From: Calditrichia bacterium
GTDB taxonomy: Bacteria; Calditrichota; Calditrichia; JAJRVZ01
Reading direction: 5' to 3'
Assembly: GCA_963777955.1 (NCBI GenBank)
Contig: CAVZSQ010000013.1
Span: 416,001-480,000 of the forward strand
Length of the DNA: 64,000 bases
Of this stretch, positions 39,098 to 51,065 are shown one piece after another (position 1 is the stretch's first letter; each line of letters opens with the position of its first letter). The translations under genes and the position numbers were made by a program. The notes below the pieces were generated by a model. It saw only the letters and a program-made list of their open reading frames with translations. It was not told the origin of the DNA and did not search any database.

Positions 39098-40786
39098 TTA
39101 TTCCCTCGGCCGCAGATCTGCGACAACCAATTGTAATTTGCGAAAGGTTTTCCATAAATTGATAGTCGGTCTGAAGGCTAAATCAACCGGCATCTGAAAA
39201 CGAATCGCGTCCTTGTACTCAGCCTTATTCCACCAGACACATTCAATCGGCCGACCGGTTTTCTCGATAGTAAACTTCAGATGACGACCCTGCAACGGTG
39301 GAAAAATGTCCCTGATCCTGGCGTTCTCCAGCAACAGAATCGGTTCCGGATTTCCTTCACCATATGGTCCGATGTTACGGATAGTATCCACCAGGGCTTC
39401 ATTTAATTGCTCCGCAGACAAAACCGAGTCTATCACTAATTCAGGAATCAGCAACTCATCTTTTAACACAGCGGAGACATGTGCAATAAATTTTTGTTTG
39501 AATTCCTGAAAATTCTCGCTGGATATTGTCAATCCTGCTGCTTTCTGGTGACCGCCATAATTCAGAAAGAGTTCATTGAACCGGGTCAGCGCTTCGGTTA
39601 TATGAAAACCATCAATACTGCGGCCCGAGCCGACATAATTCCCGTCCTTATCACGGGTAAATACAATAATGGGCCGATTGAAATGGTCTTTTAATTTGCC
39701 GGATACGATCCCGATTAAACCCGGGTCCCACTCCTCGCTTTCCAGGATCAATACTTTGTCGGTCTCAGCCTGATTAGTTTTGATTATTTCAAGCGCCTCT
39801 TCAATATATTCGTCCTGTTTTTTTTGTCTTTTTACATTCAGGTTGTTCAGCACTGTAGCCAGGCGGGCTGCTTCATCCCTGTCTTTACACAATAACAGTT
39901 GCACGGCCAGGTCCGGATCGGCCAGGCGCCCGGCGGCATTTAACCGCGGACCGAGATAATATCCAACAGCAACCGGGGTGATCTCTTTGCCCAACAGACC
40001 GCTGATACGCTTTAATTCAACAATTCCCGGGCGCAGGGTATTGGTAAGACTTTTTAAACCAAACTTGACAAACGCATAATTCTCGTCGCGGATCGGAGCG
40101 ATATCGGCTATGGTGGCCATGGCCACCAGGTCCAGTTGATTCAACATATAACTCTTATATTCATCTCCGGAAAAATAATGCGGTGCCAGTGCCTGTAACA
40201 ATTTAAACACCACGCCGGCCCCGCAAATCTCTTTACAGGGATAAGGACAATCTTTACGGTTGGGATTGATAATCGCCAGGGCATCAGGCAGTATGCCTTC
40301 CGGCAGGTGATGATCGGTCACAATAACGTCAAGTTTATGCTGATTGGCATAGGCAATCGCTTCCCGTGAAGATATGCCATTATCTACCGTAATTAACAGA
40401 TCAATCTTATCATCCAGGGCCTGTTGTACCCCCTGGATGCGTAAACCATAACCATCCTTCTGGCGACTGGGTAAAAAATATGAAACAGCCCTGCCGATTT
40501 TTTCGAAAAATTTTACCATTAAAACTGTGGCAATAATCCCATCAACATCATAGTCACCGAATATTCCTATTTTTTCCCCCCGGGTTACTGCGGTCCTGAT
40601 CCGTTCGACGGCAATATTCATGTCACGAAGCAGGAAAGGATCATGTAATCGATCTGATAACTTGAATTCTGCCAGATGCTCCAGGGTCAGCTGACGGTTC
40701 TGCAGCAAAACATCAATCAGCGATTTGCTATAATCTTTATTTAGTATATTCCACTTTTTTAACGGTAAGGATTTGTCAGGATACAT
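39098..40786 (-). CDS. recJ: Single-stranded DNA 5'-3' exonuclease RecJ
   Basis: 'GDYDVDG', 'ITVDNG', 'TDHH', 'PRLNAAGR', 'GSGRS', 'GGHQKAAG'. Confidence 0.97.
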   Translation of the reverse strand: MYPDKSLPLKKWNILNKDYSKSLIDVLLQNRQLTLEHLAEFKLSDRLHDPFLLRDMNIAVERIRTAVTRGEKIGIFGDYDVDGIIATVLMVKFFEKIGRAVSYFLPSRQKDGYGLRIQGVQQALDDKIDLLITVDNGISSREAIAYANQHKLDVIVTDHHLPEGILPDALAIINPNRKDCPYPCKEICGAGVVFKLLQALAPHYFSGDEYKSYMLNQLDLVAMATIADIAPIRDENYAFVKFGLKSLTNTLRPGIVELKRISGLLGKEITPVAVGYYLGPRLNAAGRLADPDLAVQLLLCKDRDEAARLATVLNNLNVKRQKKQDEYIEEALEIIKTNQAETDKVLILESEEWDPGLIGIVSGKLKDHFNRPIIVFTRDKDGNYVGSGRSIDGFHITEALTRFNELFLNYGGHQKAAGLTISSENFQEFKQKFIAHVSAVLKDELLIPELVIDSVLSAEQLNEALVDTIRNIGPYGEGNPEPILLLENARIRDIFPPLQGRHLKFTIEKTGRPIECVWWNKAEYKDAIRFQMPVDLAFRPTINLWKTFRKLQLVVADLRPRE

Positions 40787-40924
40787 TAGTATTCATTCTT
40801 TCAGCACTAAGCGCTTTTCCGGTTTGTTATACTGTCTTGCTGCTGTATGATAAAATATAATTCATTCCGACGCAACCTGTATTATTTATGTCGGCAGCAA
40901 GCGGGAAGAATAAAATTCCTGTAA

Positions 40925-43910
40925 TCACCCTGCGGCATAAGGCAACTGCAATTCCTTGATAAACGATGAATATTCCTGTTGCCATCCTCCACGATTTTTG
41001 ACCACGGTCAGTATCAATTCATTCTTGGCCCGGGTTATGCCTACATATAACAACCTGCGCTGTTCTTCCATTTTCTTGACCTGGGGCCGGTCATCATCTG
41101 CTTCTTCGCGCAAAGCATGATATCCGGGCATATTATTATTCTCCAATCCCATAATAATTACTTTTTCAAACTCCAGGCCTTTAGCGGCATGGTAAGTTAA
41201 TAACGAAACTGCATTGATATCTTCCAGCTCGTCCTGGGAATTGTTCAGCGAAAGCGTACTAAGAAACTGGGCAATCGCCTCGTCAACCGGCAGGTGATCA
41301 TATTGCTGTGTCATTGCTTTTATCTTGCTCAACAACTGTTCCTGACGGTTAAGGGTCCCGGCAAACGGATTCAATTCTGACAATTTATTATGGATGTCGG
41401 CCGACATTTGAATTTCATTCAACCCGAACTTCGAACAGAATGTGCTTAGAATCTGTGAATAGTGCGTGACTAATCTTCTGGCACCATTGATGAAAAAGAT
41501 GCGATCTTCGTTTTTCTCGATGGCATGTTCCAGAAAATTTCCCAGAGCCACATAATCCAGAAATGATTCCAGAGAAAGTTTTTTACTGAGGGCTAGTTGC
41601 TCCTGCTGCATTTTTTGAAATATCCCGTTCAGGATATACACATCGCTCAGAGCCCGGTGGCGAACTGAATTGCTGATTTCTAACCGTGCCATTAAACTAT
41701 CCACAGAATTGGACAGATCAGGATACAGATTACGGGCCATAGCCAGGGTATCGATACGGCGATTGTTTAATTTATGACCGTCGAACTGCTTAGCCATCCG
41801 GTCCAGTATAATAAAATCAAAACTAAATCCATTATGTGCCACCATTACTTCGTCACCGAGGAAGGCCTTGATTTCAGGCCAGTATTGCTGCAGGGTAGGC
41901 TGATCCCGCACCATTTCCTCCGTTATATGATGAACCGCCAGTGCGCCCGCAGTAATGGCTTGCTGCGGGTTAATTAAAATATTCATTTCCTTAATAATCT
42001 TACCGTTTTCGACCAATGCGGCTGCAAATTCCATAACGGCACATGAGTAGGCATCCTTACCCGTGGTTTCTAAATCCAACACCACATACCGGTCGAAGAG
42101 GATTTTATCATGCTGTGTTGTATACCATTGTAAAAATTTAAACAAAACAGCCAGGGTACCGTTACGTTTCTCATTTTTAAGTCTGTATAACGGTATGACC
42201 CGGTAAAATCCATGCTGTTGTTGTGACGGTTCAAATTCTAAAAGTACCGTTTGCTCCAGCAGCTGCATTTTGCTGATGGCCGGAAAATACGGTTACCGGT
42301 TGTTGTACTAGAGATGCGATTAATTCAGCGGCCAAAAAACAAATTCTTTTATCGGGATGATGAACGCACCAATTATACTGGCCTGCCGTCAGGTCCTGCG
42401 GATCACCAAGGAGATCTGCAACATTTGCGACGGATTCCAGATGAATGTTATAGCGGGTCAGGAAAGAATTCTGTTGTTGCTCAGGCAGGGAATTGATCTG
42501 ATCAATCAGTTTAGACAATGTAAAAAAATATTTTAAATTAAACAGATTGGCAATATGTGTCACCAGCCGCCGCAGTTTAAACTTTGTCTCCAGTCCGATG
42601 GATTTTTCTTCATCCTGATACAATTGTGCGAGAGTTTTACGAAATGAAAGTTTACGCCGGATTGCCTGATCTTTTATAAAATTGTAAAGGGATTGTCCTA
42701 ATTCAGCGCTGCTGAGTTCCTCCAGGGCAACCTGATCCTGAATATCCCGGATCAGGCTTAAATATAACAGGATTTTATTAAGATAAGGATGATCAAGGAA
42801 ACTCCGGCCTTCAGCCATCTGGTAGGGAATTTGATTTTTTAACAGGTAGTCTTCGACAATCTGGCCGATGCGGTGAAAAGGATAGATCAACGCTATCTGT
42901 TTATATTCCAGACTTTGCTGTTGCCAGGTCCTGATTTTCCGCAGGATGTAATCTAGCTCTTCTGAATCGGTTAAAAAGAATTTAACCTCGACCTGATCTG
43001 TACGTCCCGTGTCCACTTTCAGAAATTTACCGGGTTCGATTCTTTCAGTATGGGAAATTATGCGGCTGGCGCATTCTAATATATTCTGACCGCTGCGATA
43101 ATTGATCTCCAGAAAAATTGGTTTTACCTTAAAATCGGCTATAAATCTTCTGATATTTTCCGGATCTGCCCCGCGCCAGGAATAGATCGACTGATCATCA
43201 TCGGCGACCACAAAGATATTTTTATGTTCTCCCGCCAACAGGCACAAAACGTCATATTGTACCGGATCGGTATCCTGGAATTCATCAACCAGAATGGCCG
43301 GATATAAAAACTGATATTCCTGCAGAATATCAGGATGATCGCTGAGCAATTTACGCGCCTGAACCAGGATATGATCAAAATCGATCAGGTGGTGCTTTTT
43401 TAAATGATTCATATATTCTGTATACCGTTCACGGCTGAAAAGAGGCAATTCTTTGCCTTTGATGATATGATTTGAGTAAGCCAGTGACATCCCCTTTACT
43501 TTAGCTTCAATATCTTCCCGGATATACGGTGCACATAAATTTTTTAACAGGTGCCTGAGGTATTCAGGGTTGGCCACCGAAAAATACTTGCTCAACTCAA
43601 GATGATGATGATACTTGCGCAGTAGACGCAGCATAAAGGAATGAAAAGTACTTATGGTTACCGGCTCGGCTGACTGGCCGATAAGTTGATGCAACCTGGA
43701 TCTCATCTCAGCGGCGGCCTTATTGGTAAAAGTGACCGCCAGTATCTTCTCCGCCTCTATTCCCTGCTGTCTGATCAACCAGGCGATCCGTGAAACCAGT
43801 AAACGGGTTTTGCCTGAACCGGGTCCGGCTAAAATTAAAACAGCACCTGCAGGTTGCTGCACCGCTGCTAACTGTTGTTTATTTAAGTCAGAAAAAATTT
43901 CTGAATTCAT
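40925..43910 (-). CDS. UvrD/PcrA-family SF1 helicase with inserted DEDDh (DnaQ-like) 3'-5' exonuclease domain (frameshift near 42270)
   Basis: AGPGSGKT, TFTNKAA, DEFQD, QSIYSWRGA, NYRS; exonuclease 'VVLDLETTG', 'AHNGFSFD', 'HRALSD'; then helicase motifs 'TYHAAKGLEF' and 'EEQRRLLYVGITRAK'. Confidence 0.88.
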
Positions 43911-44114
43911 CGGTCTGGATTTCTACCCATTTTTATTAAGTCTGTGACCTTTTCAGCAATGATTCAATGCAAATATTGGGCCGTTTTACCCGGAATCTTA
44001 TATTTTTTTAGAAAACCGGCAGACGGGATTTATTTTAATCATGGGGTAAATAATATTGCAGGTTGTTGGTGCAGATGCAGGTGCACAGCAAAAGTTCAGG
44101 ATCCGCAGCACTCC

Positions 44115-44567
44115 TCATTTTAAATCTGTTACTAAAAAATCACCCGGTTGCCAGGTTTCAACCTTCAACTTATTATCCCGGTAGACCTTAAAACGATCAC
44201 GACTGGAATTTAAAAGCGTGGAATCATATTTCTCGGCAAAATCGATCACTTGTTCAAATTTAAGTACCGTATCCAGCGCTACGGGATGGGCTAAAAGCAA
44301 AACCTCGAATCCGGGATTATTTTCAATGTGCGTCGTTAAAATAACGGGTTCCAAGACCTTATAACTTAATTGCTGGCTATATAAATGCGGAATAAAACTT
44401 GCCTGTTTCCAGATCCACAGCAGGTGATCTAATTCATTCCCCTGCTCGGCATTCTTTACCTGTATTACTACTTTTTTCCCGGCCAGATAGAATTTTTCGG
44501 TAAGTTCGCAGATTAATTTCTGTTTGGTATCATTACTCAGAACTAAAAAACAAACCTGTGTATCCAA
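44115..44567 (-). CDS. holC: DNA polymerase III chi subunit
   Basis: 'LICELTEKFY...LDHLLWIWKQASFIPH...SRDRFKVYR' matches the HolC pattern. Confidence 0.82.
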   Translation of the reverse strand: MDTQVCFLVLSNDTKQKLICELTEKFYLAGKKVVIQVKNAEQGNELDHLLWIWKQASFIPHLYSQQLSYKVLEPVILTTHIENNPGFEVLLLAHPVALDTVLKFEQVIDFAEKYDSTLLNSSRDRFKVYRDNKLKVETWQPGDFLVTDLK

Positions 44568-44571
44568 TCGC

Positions 44572-45243
44572 TTAAAACCTTTGTGCTATTTCAAAGCGAA
44601 TTTCAAACATTGAATGGTTGCTGCGTTCACCTATTTTTTCAGAAAATGGAATGATGCGGTACTGGGCCCGAATTGAAACCAGGCTATTTGATTTGACGCT
44701 GAAATCTATCCCGCAACCGACATATCCGCCAAAGGCCCAGGCAAATTCATCCTTTTTCTGATAAGTACTGGAATCGGTACTTATTTCCGCTTCCGGGTAA
44801 TTCATCCCGTAGATCGGGCCCACCGCTAAACTGAGAAACGGCCGAAAGTCATCTGATAGATCATCTCTGAACAATCTTCTTTTCGCGGTAAGCAGCAGAT
44901 CAAACAGATAGACATTATTCTGTTTGTTTATGGTATAAGGTATCCCATAATAGTAATCATAAAAATCTATTTGTTTTGAATCCCTTAATAGAAATGCATC
45001 GAATCCGATTCCAAAATGATAATCGGGTAACAGGGGCCAGGTCATAAACAGACCTAAACTGGAGCCGGATTCAGCCATGGCAAAACCCAGGCCGCCCTGG
45101 CGCTTTAGGTCATAAGGTGTTTCAGCACCCGGATCATAATCCTGTGCTGATAATATCGAGCACAGCAAGACCAGGATCAGGTACAGCTGAATCTTAGAAA
45201 TATATATTTTCGCGTAAAATGAAGAGCAACTGACATTGATCAT
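44572..45243 (-). CDS. Probable outer-membrane beta-barrel protein
   Basis: Signal peptide, alternating amphipathic strands, C-terminal Phe ('FEIAQRF'). Confidence 0.7.
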   Translation of the reverse strand: MINVSCSSFYAKIYISKIQLYLILVLLCSILSAQDYDPGAETPYDLKRQGGLGFAMAESGSSLGLFMTWPLLPDYHFGIGFDAFLLRDSKQIDFYDYYYGIPYTINKQNNVYLFDLLLTAKRRLFRDDLSDDFRPFLSLAVGPIYGMNYPEAEISTDSSTYQKKDEFAWAFGGYVGCGIDFSVKSNSLVSIRAQYRIIPFSEKIGERSNHSMFEIRFEIAQRF

Positions 45244-45332
45244 ATGGCAAATCCGTTTGGTATTTGATACTGGACGTTAATGTTATATTGTATTATCCAA
45301 TTAAAACGGAGGAAAATTAATACTGTTCCCCT

Positions 45333-47687
45333 CTATTTCTTTTTATTCGCATCAGCCGTTATGGCCAGACTGATTACTTCATCCATATCTTTGACAAAAT
45401 GAAATTGCAGATCATTAATATTATGTGCCGGGATTTCTTCCAGATCTTTCTTATTTTTTTCCGGAAGGATGATAGTGGAGATACCCGCGCGTTTAGCAGC
45501 CAGAATTTTTTCTTTTATTCCCCCCACGGGTAAGATCATACCGCGCAGCGTTATTTCACCGGTCATGGCCAGATCGCCGCGCACACATTTTCCGGTGAAC
45601 AAGGAATAAAGCGCGGTAAACATGGTTACTCCAGCCGAGGGGCCATCCTTGGGTATCGCACCGGCGGGAACATGGATATGAATGTCATATTTTTCGTGGA
45701 AGTCGGTTTCAATTTTATATTTTTCGCAATTGGAGCGCAAATAACTCAGGGCGGCTGAAGCAGATTCTTTCATCACTTCACCCAGTTTACCGGTCAGGAT
45801 CAGATTGCCCTTTCCCTTCATTTTCGATGCTTCGATAAACAGGATATCGCCGCCTACCGGAGTCCAGGCCAGACCGGTAGCTACACCAGGCCGCGAGGTT
45901 CGTTCGGCAACTTCGGAGTAAAAGCGTTCGGGACCCAGGTATCTGGAGATCATGGCCGGAGTGATTTTACGGCCGGTTACTTTTCGCTCGACTATTTCCT
46001 TGGCTACGCCGCGGGCGATGGAGGCAATTTCCCTCTCCAGATTACGCACCCCCGCTTCACGGGTATAACGTGTGATCAGAACCTGAAGGGCTTTGCCGGT
46101 AAAAGATATCTGCTCCGTGCTTAAACCGTGGGCATTGAGTTGTTTGGGGATCAGGTACTTTTCAGCAATTCTTAATTTCTCTTCTTCCGTATATCCATTG
46201 ATCTCGATAATCTCCATGCGGTCTTTTAAAGCCGGCGGAATCGGATCCGGCATATTTGCCGTAGCAATAAACATCGCCTTGGAGAGATCGAAAGGAACCT
46301 CCAGGTAGTGATCGGTAAAAGAAAAATTTTGTTCAGGATCAAGTACTTCCAGTAAAGCTGAAGAAGGATCACCGCGGAAGTCCATTCCGAGTTTATCGAT
46401 TTCATCAAGCATGATCAGCGGATTACTGGAGCCCAGTTTTTTAATCTCCTGAATAATACGTCCGGGCAGGGCACCGACATAAGTACGGCGGTGTCCGCGA
46501 ATTTCGGCTTCATCACGAACGCCCCCCAGAGACATCCGGGAAAACTTTCTGCCCAGGGCCCGGGCAATCGAGCGGCCCAGACTGGTTTTACCTACTCCCG
46601 GAGGCCCGATAAAGCACAGGATGGGACCTTTCATCTCTGCTTTGATCTGACGTACCGCCAGATATTCCAGGATACGTTTCTTGACTTTTTCCAGGCCATA
46701 GTGATCTTCTTCCAGAATCTGCTCGGCCTCTTGTATCTCCAGACGATCTTTCGTTTTCTTGGACCAGGGCATTTCCAGCAGCCAATCAAGATAGGTCCGC
46801 GAAACCGTATATTCACTGGCCATCGGGGACATGCGGGCCAGACGGTTTAATTCCTTTTCGGCAACTTTAAAAACATCTTCGGGCATTTTTGTCTGGGCTA
46901 ATTTCTGCCGTAATTCTTCTATCTCAGTACTTTCATCCTCGTATTCACCCAACTCTTTTTTAATCGCTTTCAACTGTTCGCGCAGATAATAATGCCGCTG
47001 TGTTTTATTTAACTCGCCCTGTACCTCGCTTTGTATCTTTGAACCCAGTTCCAATACCTGCAGTTCTTTATTGAGCAGGTAATGGACGCGTTCCAGACGT
47101 GTCTTTACATCAACGATTTCCAGAATTTCCTGTTTTTCGCTGACGGTGAAATTGATCTGCGAGGCAATAATATCGGTTAATTTTGCCGGATCTTCGGTAT
47201 TCAGCACCATGACCCGGTGTTCACTGGTCAGGTAAGGTGACAGATCCACTATTTTCTGGAAAAGCATTTTCAAATTATTGATCAAGGCTTCGATTTCCAC
47301 ATTCCGCTGCACCGTTTCCTGGGCGGGTAGAACAGTGGCTTCAAAATGCGGTTCCTGCTGGGCATAACCGACAATATGTATCCGGTACATCCCCTGGACA
47401 ATAAGTTGTTCACTGCCATCGGGCATTTTAAATTTCTTGAGAATCATGGCCGCAGTGCCCCAATCGTACAGATCTTCGATCTTGGGTTCTTCTATATTCC
47501 CGTCCCGCTGGGCCACCAGACCGATGATGCGGTTCTCATCATCCATATATTTCAACAGGTTAAGTGATCGTTGCCGCCCCACAGCCAGGGGTATAACCTG
47601 ATGTGGGAAGACAACCGTATTCCTCAATGGCATGATTGGCAGAACTTCCTTTAATTCCACGCTTTTATCACCCGGAGTGTGAGCCAT
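45333..47687 (-). CDS. lon: ATP-dependent Lon protease
   Basis: '[13 protein letters not shown]', GPPGVGKT, '[10 protein letters not shown]', catalytic 'PKDGPSAG'. Confidence 0.98.
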   Translation of the reverse strand: MAHTPGDKSVELKEVLPIMPLRNTVVFPHQVIPLAVGRQRSLNLLKYMDDENRIIGLVAQRDGNIEEPKIEDLYDWGTAAMILKKFKMPDGSEQLIVQGMYRIHIVGYAQQEPHFEATVLPAQETVQRNVEIEALINNLKMLFQKIVDLSPYLTSEHRVMVLNTEDPAKLTDIIASQINFTVSEKQEILEIVDVKTRLERVHYLLNKELQVLELGSKIQSEVQGELNKTQRHYYLREQLKAIKKELGEYEDESTEIEELRQKLAQTKMPEDVFKVAEKELNRLARMSPMASEYTVSRTYLDWLLEMPWSKKTKDRLEIQEAEQILEEDHYGLEKVKKRILEYLAVRQIKAEMKGPILCFIGPPGVGKTSLGRSIARALGRKFSRMSLGGVRDEAEIRGHRRTYVGALPGRIIQEIKKLGSSNPLIMLDEIDKLGMDFRGDPSSALLEVLDPEQNFSFTDHYLEVPFDLSKAMFIATANMPDPIPPALKDRMEIIEINGYTEEEKLRIAEKYLIPKQLNAHGLSTEQISFTGKALQVLITRYTREAGVRNLEREIASIARGVAKEIVERKVTGRKITPAMISRYLGPERFYSEVAERTSRPGVATGLAWTPVGGDILFIEASKMKGKGNLILTGKLGEVMKESASAALSYLRSNCEKYKIETDFHEKYDIHIHVPAGAIPKDGPSAGVTMFTALYSLFTGKCVRGDLAMTGEITLRGMILPVGGIKEKILAAKRAGISTIILPEKNKKDLEEIPAHNINDLQFHFVKDMDEVISLAITADANKKK

Positions 47688-47864
47688 ATTTTCTCCTGTT
47701 TTATACAGCTAACGTAAGTTCTACAAAAAAAATGCCAACTTTTTTAAATAAAGTTAACTTTTATATAATCAATTGGTTACATTTTTTACGAAAAAACCCC
47801 CCGATTTTAAATTCTGTCAATATGTCAGGGGCATAGTCTTCATTGCTATCAGCCGTTGACCGGT

Positions 47865-49433
47865 TTAATCATTATTTCTCTCCAGGACGGTACGAATTTT
47901 TTTCATCAGGGTCACGGCGTTAAACGGTTTTTGCAGAAAATGCACAGGATCCCTTAACAACTCCTGTTCCGCCAGAACGGTATCGGTATAACCGGACATG
48001 AATAAGAATTTATTACGCGGATAGACCGGTCGGATCTTATTGGCAAATTCTATTCCGCTCATTTGCGGCATGACAATATCAGTTAATATCAGGTCTATCG
48101 TGTCTTTATGTTTTTCATAAATCGTAAAAGCATTACTGGCATTGGGAGCTTCCAGTACCGTATAACCGTAGAAGCGCAGCATCTCACTGACTAATTCCCG
48201 TACTTCCTTCTCATCATCAATCACCAGGATGGTTTCATAACCACGCAAACTCTGATCGCTGCTGACAGTTTTTTCAATCACCTCAACTTTTTCATCAAAT
48301 TGCGGTAAATATATCTTGATCGTCGTGCCCTTGCCGGTTTCACTGTACAGCCAGACAAATCCATCACTCTGTTTCACCGTTCCGTAAACTGTGGCCAGGC
48401 CCATACCGGTACCTTTACCCTTCTCCTTTGTGGTAAAAAAGGGTTCGAAAACATGATCTTTAATTTTATCATTCATGCCCTTACCCGTGTCGCTGATGAC
48501 CAGCAGGATATAAGATCCCGGTTTAACCATCGGTCGTTTTTTTATATAAGCACTATCCAGAATGACATTCATCGTCTCGATTATTACTTTACCCCCTTCC
48601 GGCATGGCGTCGCGGGCATTCAACAACAGATTGATCAGGACCTGCTCTAACTGAGCCGGATCGGCTTTGATATTTCCATGAATATTCTTCAAAGACAGCA
48701 TCAACTGAATTTTTTCGCCCAGAATTTGTTGTAACCTGGTTTTCATACTCTGGATCAGTTGATTAAGATTCAGAATTTTTGGCTGCAGCAATTGTTGCCG
48801 GCTGAAGGCTAACAATTTTTGGATCAGCGATTCAGCACGTTTGGATGAAATATCGATCTGACGTACATGTTCATAGTCGCTTTGGTTTTCATCCATGTTC
48901 AGGGTCAGTTTGGCGCAATGGCCCTGGATGACCGTCAATATATTATTAAAATCATGAGCCAGACCTCCGGCCAACTTGCCGATGGCTTCCAACCTCTGGG
49001 CCTGCCGGTACTGCTCCTCCAATTTTTTACGTCCGCTGATATCGCTGAATAGCAGCAAATAATATAATAAATGCTGCTCGCCGGAATAAACCGGTATACC
49101 CTGGCACTGCACAAATAACCTTTCACCCTCTTTATTAGGGATGACCAGGGAATCAAAATCAAACGGCTGACTGTGCTCAATCAGATTTTTAAAATAAGTT
49201 TCTGCACCGACTTCGTTCAACGGCAACAAATCATACACTGATATCTTCCTGGCCAGATAATCATGATCGAGGTTCAGTAAATTTAAAAATGCCCGGTTAG
49301 CCGATGTAATCAGTCCTTCCTGATCCAGGGTAATAAGGGCATTCGGCAAAGCATCTATGAGTGCAGCAAATTCGCTTCCTGCCGGTAAGATAGATGTCAT
49401 ACTCCTGCTGAGCCGGGATAGTGTTGTGATCAT
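47865..49433 (-). CDS. Cytoplasmic PAS-HisKA-HATPase-REC hybrid kinase (CckA-like architecture)
   Basis: 'LAGGLAHDFNNILT', 'NARDAM', 'FEPFFTTK', 'GTGMGLA', receiver 'IDDE...LTDIVMP'. Confidence 0.95.
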   Translation of the reverse strand: MITTLSRLSRSMTSILPAGSEFAALIDALPNALITLDQEGLITSANRAFLNLLNLDHDYLARKISVYDLLPLNEVGAETYFKNLIEHSQPFDFDSLVIPNKEGERLFVQCQGIPVYSGEQHLLYYLLLFSDISGRKKLEEQYRQAQRLEAIGKLAGGLAHDFNNILTVIQGHCAKLTLNMDENQSDYEHVRQIDISSKRAESLIQKLLAFSRQQLLQPKILNLNQLIQSMKTRLQQILGEKIQLMLSLKNIHGNIKADPAQLEQVLINLLLNARDAMPEGGKVIIETMNVILDSAYIKKRPMVKPGSYILLVISDTGKGMNDKIKDHVFEPFFTTKEKGKGTGMGLATVYGTVKQSDGFVWLYSETGKGTTIKIYLPQFDEKVEVIEKTVSSDQSLRGYETILVIDDEKEVRELVSEMLRFYGYTVLEAPNASNAFTIYEKHKDTIDLILTDIVMPQMSGIEFANKIRPVYPRNKFLFMSGYTDTVLAEQELLRDPVHFLQKPFNAVTLMKKIRTVLERNND

Positions 49434-49585
49434 AACCAGACATATTATATTTCCTCTACTGACTGATTATCTCTTCCTGCCAAAGAAGTAGAAGAGTTTA
49501 TTGCGTCAGGAAGAACCGCTTGAGAAATATATTTTATATATTCAATATTAATTAACATTAAAGCTAAGATAAAGAAACCAATAAC

Positions 49586-50873
49586 TCAACACTGTAATTT
49601 TCTGCGCAGCAAAGCATATTCACCCGGAGGATTTTGACAGGGTATCCTGACATCTTTGCCGCCGCCATGAGCTATTTCGACTTTTTCACCGTCCAGGGTA
49701 TAAATGGCTTCTACTTTGAGAACCTGGTTGTCCTGTGGCGTGATTATTTCTAATTCTTCGCCGCTGCAGATGCGGTTGCGTACGCTTACCTGCATCAAGT
49801 TACCGCGGGGATCCGGATTACGTATAATGCCGCAATACTGATGAGTACAATTAGCCGGCTGGCTTTCCGTATAGTTTTCACCGGATGCCCGCGGATTAGA
49901 TTCCAGAAATCCGCTGCTATATTCACGGTTTGCTACACTGAACAACTCCTGTTCCGCGGCCTGATCATAAGCTCTTCCGGCCAGCAGATTATCAATAGCC
50001 CGGCGATAAGCCCGGGTAGTTACACTGACATAATAAACCGATTTGGACCGGCCTTCAATCTTAAAACTGTTTACGCCGGCGGCAGCGAGTTGATCAAGCA
50101 AACCTACGGCACAAAGATCCTTGGCATTCATAATATAGGTACCGTGTTCATCCTCATCAATTGGCATAAACTGGCCGGGACGCTCGTTTTCTTCCAGATA
50201 ATATTTTCCATTCAGCGGTTGATAATCCTCCAACGGCGGTTGATCCGGCTGATCCTGATAAAGCCGGTATAACCAGCGACAACTATTGGTACATATCCCC
50301 TGATTGGGATCACGGAAATTAAAGTAATTGGAGAGCAAGCATCTGCCCGAGTAGGCTACACAAACCGCTCCGTGAACGAAACATTCCAATTCAATCTCAG
50401 GAACTTTTTGCCTGATTTCGGCAATTTCGGAGATCGCTAATTCCCGGGACAGGATAATCCTGTCCACGCCGATCTCTTTCCAGAATTTAACACTGACCCA
50501 ATTTACCGTATTGACCTGCGTCGACAAATGTATCGGAATTTGGGGACATAATTCTTTGGCCAGCAGGATAACTCCGGGATCTGATATAATAATCGCATCC
50601 GGCCGTTTTTGGCGCTAACCAGGTTAAAGATGACTTAACCGCTTCAATTTTGCGGTTATGGGGAAATATATTCAGGGTCAGATAGATTTTCCTGTCCGAC
50701 TGATGACAGTACTCGATGGCCTCGGCCAGGATCTCTGTGCTGAAGTCATTTTCGCGGGCACGCAGTGAATACCTGGGGATGCCTGCGTATACGGCATCAG
50801 CTCCATAGGCCAACGCGTATTTCAGTTTTTCAAAATTTCCTGCAGGCGATAATAATTCAACTTTAACTTTCAT
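49586..50873 (-). CDS. trhP: U32 family protein, TrhP/YegQ-like tRNA hydroxylation protein (frameshift in T5 run at 50606-50610)
   Basis: 'ELLSPAG', 'YGADAVYAG', 'HGAVCVAYSGRCLLSNY...RDPNQGICTNSCRW', 'KIEGR'. Removing one base in the homopolymer restores '...PKRPDAIIISDPG...IHLSTQ'. Confidence 0.85.
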
Positions 50874-51021
50874 TATATCCGGCGCTCAGTGATTTTGTAA
50901 ATTTAGTAACTCCCGGGAAGCAGTTCCAGAACTTTAAATTTAAAATATATTTTGCCGGAAGTTCGACATATTTTCAGCAACATTAATGCTCATTTCTGTC
51001 GAAGAGGTTTTAAGATTTTAC

Positions 51022-51050
51022 TTGAATTGAGTAAGCGGGACAAATATATT
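51022..51050 (+). promoter_or_regulatory. Putative sigma70 promoter of the PIN-PhoH gene
   Basis: TTGAAT-N17-TATATT, 15 bp before the ATG. Confidence 0.4.
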
Positions 51051-51065
51051 CGATAGAAAATCCAT

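Noticed and set aside
43911..44114. Possible small ORF or structured RNA between holC and the helicase
   Set aside because: No well-placed RBS, recognisable RNA motif or strong hairpin.
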